32,000 bases of DNA, taken from Thermoproteus tenax Kra 1 (GTDB taxonomy: Archaea; Thermoproteota; Thermoprotei; Thermoproteales; Thermoproteaceae). The DNA is taken from positions 420,001 to 452,000 of the forward strand of contig NC_016070.1 in the NCBI RefSeq assembly GCF_000253055.1, written 5' to 3'. Shown piece by piece: positions 27,768 through 32,000 of the stretch (positions within the stretch are counted from its first letter, which is position 1; the number at the start of each line of letters is the position of its first letter). A program made the translations under genes and the position numbers. The notes below the pieces were generated by a model that saw only the letters and a program-made list of their open reading frames with translations, ran no database searches and had not been told where the DNA came from.

Positions 27768-28466
27768 CTAAGACGCCATCAGATCGAGCTTCTCTCTATC
27801 CTCTAGGGAGAGCGATGAAGGATCCACCGATGAGAGGATCACTTCAGCCGCGGCGCGCGCGTTGACGAAGTAGTAAGTGAAGGGGCCCACCTTGATAGAC
27901 TTCAGCTTACCCTCGCGCTCTAGCACATAGACGTGCCACTGCACAGCGCCCCAGCTCTTCCCCACCGCCTTGGCTATCTGCGAGAGCGTCGCAGCGCCCA
28001 TTTTCTCTACCGCCGCTATGATCTGCCTCCTGATGGGGTCGTCGGCAACAGCTCTTTTGACCCTCCCGATCGCGGGCAACCCCAGCGCTCCCAATGCGCC
28101 GAGCTTCTTGGCCAGAGGCCCCAACGCCACTGTTATCCACTCCCTCCTGTTAGTGGCCACATAGCTGGCGGCCCCCGCGGTCGAGGCTACGGCGAGGGCC
28201 ACGACAGCCGGGGGCAGGCCACCGGGCGCCGGGGGCGGAGGCGGCGGAGGACTTCCTTCAACTAAGACGTAGCCCCTGACTTCAACTGTCCTGTTGGTGG
28301 GGTTTTTACAGATGATAACCGCCGAGCCGGACGCAACGAAGGGGACGTTTGGCGTACAGTACGGCGGCAGATGCGGCGTTACTGTATAGTTACCGTAGGG
28401 TAGCGCTAAGTTTATGGGATACACGGTGAAAGGCAAGAGCATCACAGCAACAGTTATATTGAACAC
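27768..28466 (-). CDS. Membrane-anchored protein with cytoplasmic winged-helix DNA-binding domain
   Basis: Hydrophobic N-terminus, short extracytoplasmic domain with two Cys, proline linker 'SPPPPPPPAPG', TM 'AVVALAVASTAGAASYVA', then wHTH 'DPIRRQIIAAVEKMGAATLSQIAKAVGKSWGAVQWHVYVLEREGKLKSIKVGPFTYYFVN'. AATTTATATC lies 25 nt before GTG 28466 (track start is TTG 28481). Confidence 0.72.
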   Translation of the reverse strand: MFNITVAVMLLPFTVYPINLALPYGNYTVTPHLPPYCTPNVPFVASGSAVIICKNPTNRTVEVRGYVLVEGSPPPPPPPAPGGLPPAVVALAVASTAGAASYVATNRREWITVALGPLAKKLGALGALGLPAIGRVKRAVADDPIRRQIIAAVEKMGAATLSQIAKAVGKSWGAVQWHVYVLEREGKLKSIKVGPFTYYFVNARAAAEVILSSVDPSSLSLEDREKLDLMAS

Positions 28467-28506
28467 ATAAAAGTTGAACAAGATAGATATAAATTTTGCG
28501 TAGAAG

Positions 28507-28857
28507 TCAGAAGATGAAGGGGTCTGGAAGCCCCAAGAGCTTGGCCAACCCCAATAGAGCTGTAAGGTAGAGCCAAGCGGCTGCTGCGAAGACGTATGCG
28601 GGCCACCACCGCTTATACATGCCCCACCAACTGAAGCCTATGGAGAGGGCCAAGAGGAACAACGAGAGGAGGTAAGTGAAACGCAGATGGAAGAGGGGCC
28701 AGAGCTGGGCCAATACCCCGAGCGCAAAGCCGGCGACGAACGAGGCTATTAGGCCTGCTCCTCTGATGTAGTCGATCTGAGCGCCGAAATAGAGCGCGAC
28801 AAGTGCCGGGAGCAGAGCCGTGAACCCACCGGCTAGAGCGGCCAAAAGGGGGTCCAT
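28507..28857 (-). CDS. Small polytopic membrane protein
   Basis: Hydrophobic multi-TM sequence. ATG 28857 overlaps the upstream stop as TGATG, preferred over the track start 28905. Confidence 0.6.
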   Translation of the reverse strand: MDPLLAALAGGFTALLPALVALYFGAQIDYIRGAGLIASFVAGFALGVLAQLWPLFHLRFTYLLSLFLLALSIGFSWWGMYKRWWPAYVFAAAAWLYLTALLGLAKLLGLPDPFIF

Positions 28858-29258
28858 CAGAAGAGCCAGAGCGTGTAGGAATTTAACAACTGCGCCGCCG
28901 TCCACAGAACGAAGAGGTAGACGAAGGGAGCACAGGCGATCAGGGCTAGGTCCAGATCTCGTCTCGAGGGCTTCAGCGCTATGGTCACCACCAACAGTTG
29001 GCTCGCCACTGTAAGCGCCAGCGCTATAAGGGCCGAGAGTCTCTCGTACACTTGAGGCGCGCCCGATGCTATCATGAGGGCGTCGTAGACGTTGCCCGCG
29101 GTGGAGGCCACGATGAAGAAGAGGACGGACGCCCTCTCCTGAAAGAGGGCCTTGGGATCTGCCCCCTCGTGTGAGGCCACTATCTGCTCCATCCAGAGTC
29201 TGGCGACTCCCAACGCCATCCCGAAGACGGCGCCTGCCAAGAGAGGCGTCAGCTCCAT
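28857..29258 (-). CDS. Small polytopic membrane protein
   Basis: 133 aa with about four hydrophobic segments, overlapping neighbouring genes in the same direction. Confidence 0.6.
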   Translation of the reverse strand: MELTPLLAGAVFGMALGVARLWMEQIVASHEGADPKALFQERASVLFFIVASTAGNVYDALMIASGAPQVYERLSALIALALTVASQLLVVTIALKPSRRDLDLALIACAPFVYLFVLWTAAQLLNSYTLWLF

Positions 29259-30499
29259 GGCTTCAACGTCTCTACAGAGACCGAGAGGACGCTAGGTGGA
29301 CCGCCCCATCTGCCGGTGGCGTCGGCCACTATAACGAAGGGGCCCACATAGCCCGCAGGTAGGCCGAACGGCAGAGGCGAGTCACGGGCGTAGGGCTGGA
29401 GTGGGCCAAAGTAGTAGTACGTCGTGCCGTTATAGCGGAAGAGCCACGCGTTGCCGGATTTGCCCGCCGGCGGCTGGGAGCCGAAGAGGACGAGGTCGGT
29501 CGACAGGAGAGGCGACTGAGTAAACTCCGCGTAATAATAGATCAGATACATGTCCACCGGCGTGTTCACCGTATAGAGGTAGTATCTGCTGACTGCCGTA
29601 GTCCCGTTGGCGGTCGATATAGCCGCTATAGCTCCTCGCTCGCTCCAACCCTCTTTCCACTCCGGAGTCGACAGCACGTAGCCGTAGTTCTCTGGGACTC
29701 CCACGATGCCTATGTCGTTCTGGGCTGCAGCTGACGAGGCGTCTAGAGGTTCGGCAGCTGTATAGGTGGGGGGAATACACGGCGCCGGATAGATGTAGAG
29801 CGTTGTAGGCCCCGACATGTTCACTAGGAATGTGTACCTCTCCACGGGCCCTCCAGGGTGCGGAAGTAGGGCCAGCTCTCCGCCCAAAACGAGCCCCTCC
29901 CTCAACGGAGCGTAGTCGATTACCTGCACAGTCGCCAGGGCGCCGGCCTGCTCGACCACACAGCCTGGGAATGGCAGTCTGCCGATAGGGATCGACCAGG
30001 CGTACAGCTCGCCGCTCTCCCCGATCTGCAGTAGCTGCCAGCCTGTGCCGTTCAGCTTGAGGACTACCCTCTGTGACACATCGGGATACCAGTCGATCTC
30101 CTTGACTTTGACCCACACAGTCTGGAGCCAGCGCATATAGGTAAAATTGACATAGCAAGTCCCTTGGAAGGCCGGCGGCACGACGAGGTTCAAAGTATAC
30201 GTCCCGGGGCCCGATAAATAGGGCGGTATACCCAGGGAACAGTTCGTCGCTATATACATATAGGGCCCGTTGACCGCAATCGAGAGGGCGTCTGGGTAGC
30301 TCCACGAGCCGTACGGCGAGCTGTACAAGTAGAGCGTCCCATCTCTGATCGCCATGCCGGCGCCCGCGACGTTCAAGCTAACGGAGGCTGGCTCAGTCGC
30401 CTTGAACATGCTCCCTCCAGTGGAGGGGGCGGCTATGTAGATGGAGAAGACTAAGAGGGGGAAGAAGGTGATAAAAAAGGCCTTTAGTTTAGCCCTCAC
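29249..30499 (-). CDS. Secreted/cell-surface protein of pilus-like cassette
   Basis: N-terminal signal 'MRAKLKAFFITFFPLLVFSIYIAAP', beta-rich Tyr/Pro-rich ectodomain. ATGA overlap with the upstream putative pilin gene. Confidence 0.65.
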   Translation of the reverse strand: MRAKLKAFFITFFPLLVFSIYIAAPSTGGSMFKATEPASVSLNVAGAGMAIRDGTLYLYSSPYGSWSYPDALSIAVNGPYMYIATNCSLGIPPYLSGPGTYTLNLVVPPAFQGTCYVNFTYMRWLQTVWVKVKEIDWYPDVSQRVVLKLNGTGWQLLQIGESGELYAWSIPIGRLPFPGCVVEQAGALATVQVIDYAPLREGLVLGGELALLPHPGGPVERYTFLVNMSGPTTLYIYPAPCIPPTYTAAEPLDASSAAAQNDIGIVGVPENYGYVLSTPEWKEGWSERGAIAAISTANGTTAVSRYYLYTVNTPVDMYLIYYYAEFTQSPLLSTDLVLFGSQPPAGKSGNAWLFRYNGTTYYYFGPLQPYARDSPLPFGLPAGYVGPFVIVADATGRWGGPPSVLSVSVETLKPWS

Positions 30500-31071
30500 T
30501 GAGGCGACATCACTATGTTGATCTGGTAAGTGGCCAATACGGTGTTACCGTTGGCGTACGTAGCGGGCAGAGTTGGATCTACGTCTATATATGCGCCGAG
30601 CGTGATACACTGGCCATAGCCGATAGTGCCCAAGTTGGCCGTGCTCTGGACTACGCTGGTGCCTTTGAACTCGACGTACTGTTGAGGATTGGCGCTGTTG
30701 TACACCCTGAAGTCGTCCACATAGCTCTCAAGGCCGGTCGAGCCAACTGTGCCGACGGCTTGTAGAGTAACTTGTATATTGCCCTGGTAGTACTTGTTGC
30801 AGATCAACAACAAGTTGCTGTAGTTCGTGGGATCGCCCGTGAAGCCTATGATGGATATCCTGGTTATGTTTACGCCGTTGCTGTAGTAGTAGCTCACTTT
30901 GGCGAACTGTCCATTGGCGGTTTGTGTGTCCAATCCAGGGTACTTCATGGCGGGAGGCAGAGTGGCGTTTATGACCCAATAGGATACATTAGTGAACGTT
31001 ATCGTCGCCATCGTCAACGCGGCCAGTCCCAGTGCAGCCAGCGCCAGTAGGCCCAGCTTTCCCTTTTCCAT
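30496..31071 (-). CDS. Putative pilin, possibly AbpA/TasA-like (donor-strand type)
   Basis: 'MEKGKLGLLALAALGLAALTMATITFTNVSYWVINATLPPAMKYPG...' ~190 aa, beta-rich, ending 'NTVLATYQINIVMSPQ'. ATG 31071 is 25 nt after AATATATA (track start 31092). Confidence 0.5.
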   Translation of the reverse strand: MEKGKLGLLALAALGLAALTMATITFTNVSYWVINATLPPAMKYPGLDTQTANGQFAKVSYYYSNGVNITRISIIGFTGDPTNYSNLLLICNKYYQGNIQVTLQAVGTVGSTGLESYVDDFRVYNSANPQQYVEFKGTSVVQSTANLGTIGYGQCITLGAYIDVDPTLPATYANGNTVLATYQINIVMSPQ

Positions 31072-31193
31072 GTCCTTCCGCAAGAAGCCCATATATATTC
31101 TTTACGTACCGCTTTTCGGCCGAGCCCCGACTGCTCGTCTGCCCGCAACAGAGGTACAGTCGATCCATACAGCGATGCAGCCGTAGGCGCCGG

Positions 31194-32000
31194 CTATTCC
31201 TCCACTGGCCTCAACAGCTGCACCTCGACCTCCTCCCCCTCGTCGTAGCCCTCTCTATTCTCGGGGACTATTAGGAGTCCGTTCCCTCTGGTCAATGTGG
31301 ACAACACGCCGCTTCCGGTCACAGCCAGAGGCTCAATATACGTCCTGTCCCCGGCCCTATACACGCGGACTCTGGCGTACGTCCTCACGTTTATAGGGGT
31401 GGTCACGCGCCGGGTCAGAACTCCTCTCACAGTGGGGACTGGGTCGGGCCTCCCGCCCACCATTTTGAGGAGCGCAGGCCTTGCGAAGATCTCGAAGCCC
31501 ACTACGGCGGCCACGGGGAAGCCCGAGAGCACCACGACGGGCCTCCCGCGGACTACGGCGGCTCCGTTGGGTCTGCCGGGCCTCGCGGCTATCCCCCTCA
31601 CGTAGAACTCGGCGAGCGCCGAGACGGCCTTGTGCGTTGCATCCGGGTCCCCCACCGAGGCTCCCCCAGTGGTTAAGACTATGTCGTACGTCGAGATAGC
31701 CCTCTCTAGGGCCGACTCGATGGCCTCCACGTCGTCGGGCAGTAGGCCGAGGTATGCCGGCTCTGCCCCCGCCTCCTTCAACAGGCCCCATAGAGCGAAG
31801 CGCGTTGAGTTTATCACTTTGCCAGGCCTGGGCCCTTCCTCCACCTCGACCAGCTCGTCCCCAGTGGACAATATGGCGGCTCTGACCTCGTACACGGGCA
31901 CCCGCGATATGCCGACAGACGCCAACACTCCCAAGTCCCATGGCCTCAGCCTGGTCCCGGCCCTCAATATGCGCTCCCCCCTCGCCACGTCCTCGCCCCT
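31194..32000 (-). CDS. moeA: Molybdopterin biosynthesis protein MoeA, C-terminal part; continues past the right window edge
   Basis: 'LSTGDELVEVEEGPRPGKVINSTRFALWGLLKEAGAEPAYLGLLPDD', 'VLTTGGASVGDPDATHKAV', 'VVVLSGFPVAAVVGFEIFARPALLKMVG'. Confidence 0.9.
   Translation of the reverse strand, partial: RGEDVARGERILRAGTRLRPWDLGVLASVGISRVPVYEVRAAILSTGDELVEVEEGPRPGKVINSTRFALWGLLKEAGAEPAYLGLLPDDVEAIESALERAISTYDIVLTTGGASVGDPDATHKAVSALAEFYVRGIAARPGRPNGAAVVRGRPVVVLSGFPVAAVVGFEIFARPALLKMVGGRPDPVPTVRGVLTRRVTTPINVRTYARVRVYRAGDRTYIEPLAVTGSGVLSTLTRGNGLLIVPENREGYDEGEEVEVQLLRPVEE

Noticed and set aside
1-32000. CRISPR arrays, transposases, integrases, rRNA and tRNA genes
   Set aside because: No regularly spaced direct repeats, transposase or integrase motifs, or convincing T-arm/cloverleaf patterns seen by eye. 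Intron-containing or permuted tRNAs could be missed without tRNAscan/ARAGORN.

Overview
This is a high-GC, gene-dense window from a hyperthermophilic crenarchaeon. Gene content, the leaderless TATA/start spacing (~24-26 nt) and a Thermoproteus-type short triosephosphate isomerase point to Thermoproteaceae, probably Thermoproteus. Most of the window is housekeeping or transport: a RecA-like ATPase, CoaBC, EF-2, homoserine kinase, a PAC2-family protein, a five-gene branched-chain amino-acid-type ABC transporter, an HtrA-like protease, an aldo/keto reductase, HypE, a Zn/Mn-type ABC transporter, aconitase, TPI, nicotinate phosphoribosyltransferase, citrate synthase and a partial MoeA. Four areas stand out. 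(1) A ferritin-like domain is fused to an encapsulin (HK97-fold) shell protein at ~5464-6516. (2) A minus-strand cassette at ~26275-31092 encodes secreted/membrane proteins. It resembles an archaeal bundling-pilus/TasA-like filament locus and contains a signal/TM-anchored protein with a cytoplasmic winged-helix domain. The putative pilin and the last secreted protein share an N-terminal 'INATLPPxMK' motif. (3) Two GC-rich intergenic regions (~6545-6890 and ~26110-26262) carry stacked inverted repeats suggestive of structured RNAs that I could not identify. (4) Between 8413 and ~9065 there is a frameshifted, start-less remnant of an SPFH/virion-core-like gene. No CRISPR array, rRNA, transposase or recognisable tRNA was found. 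All homology calls are from recall of family motifs, not from database searches.
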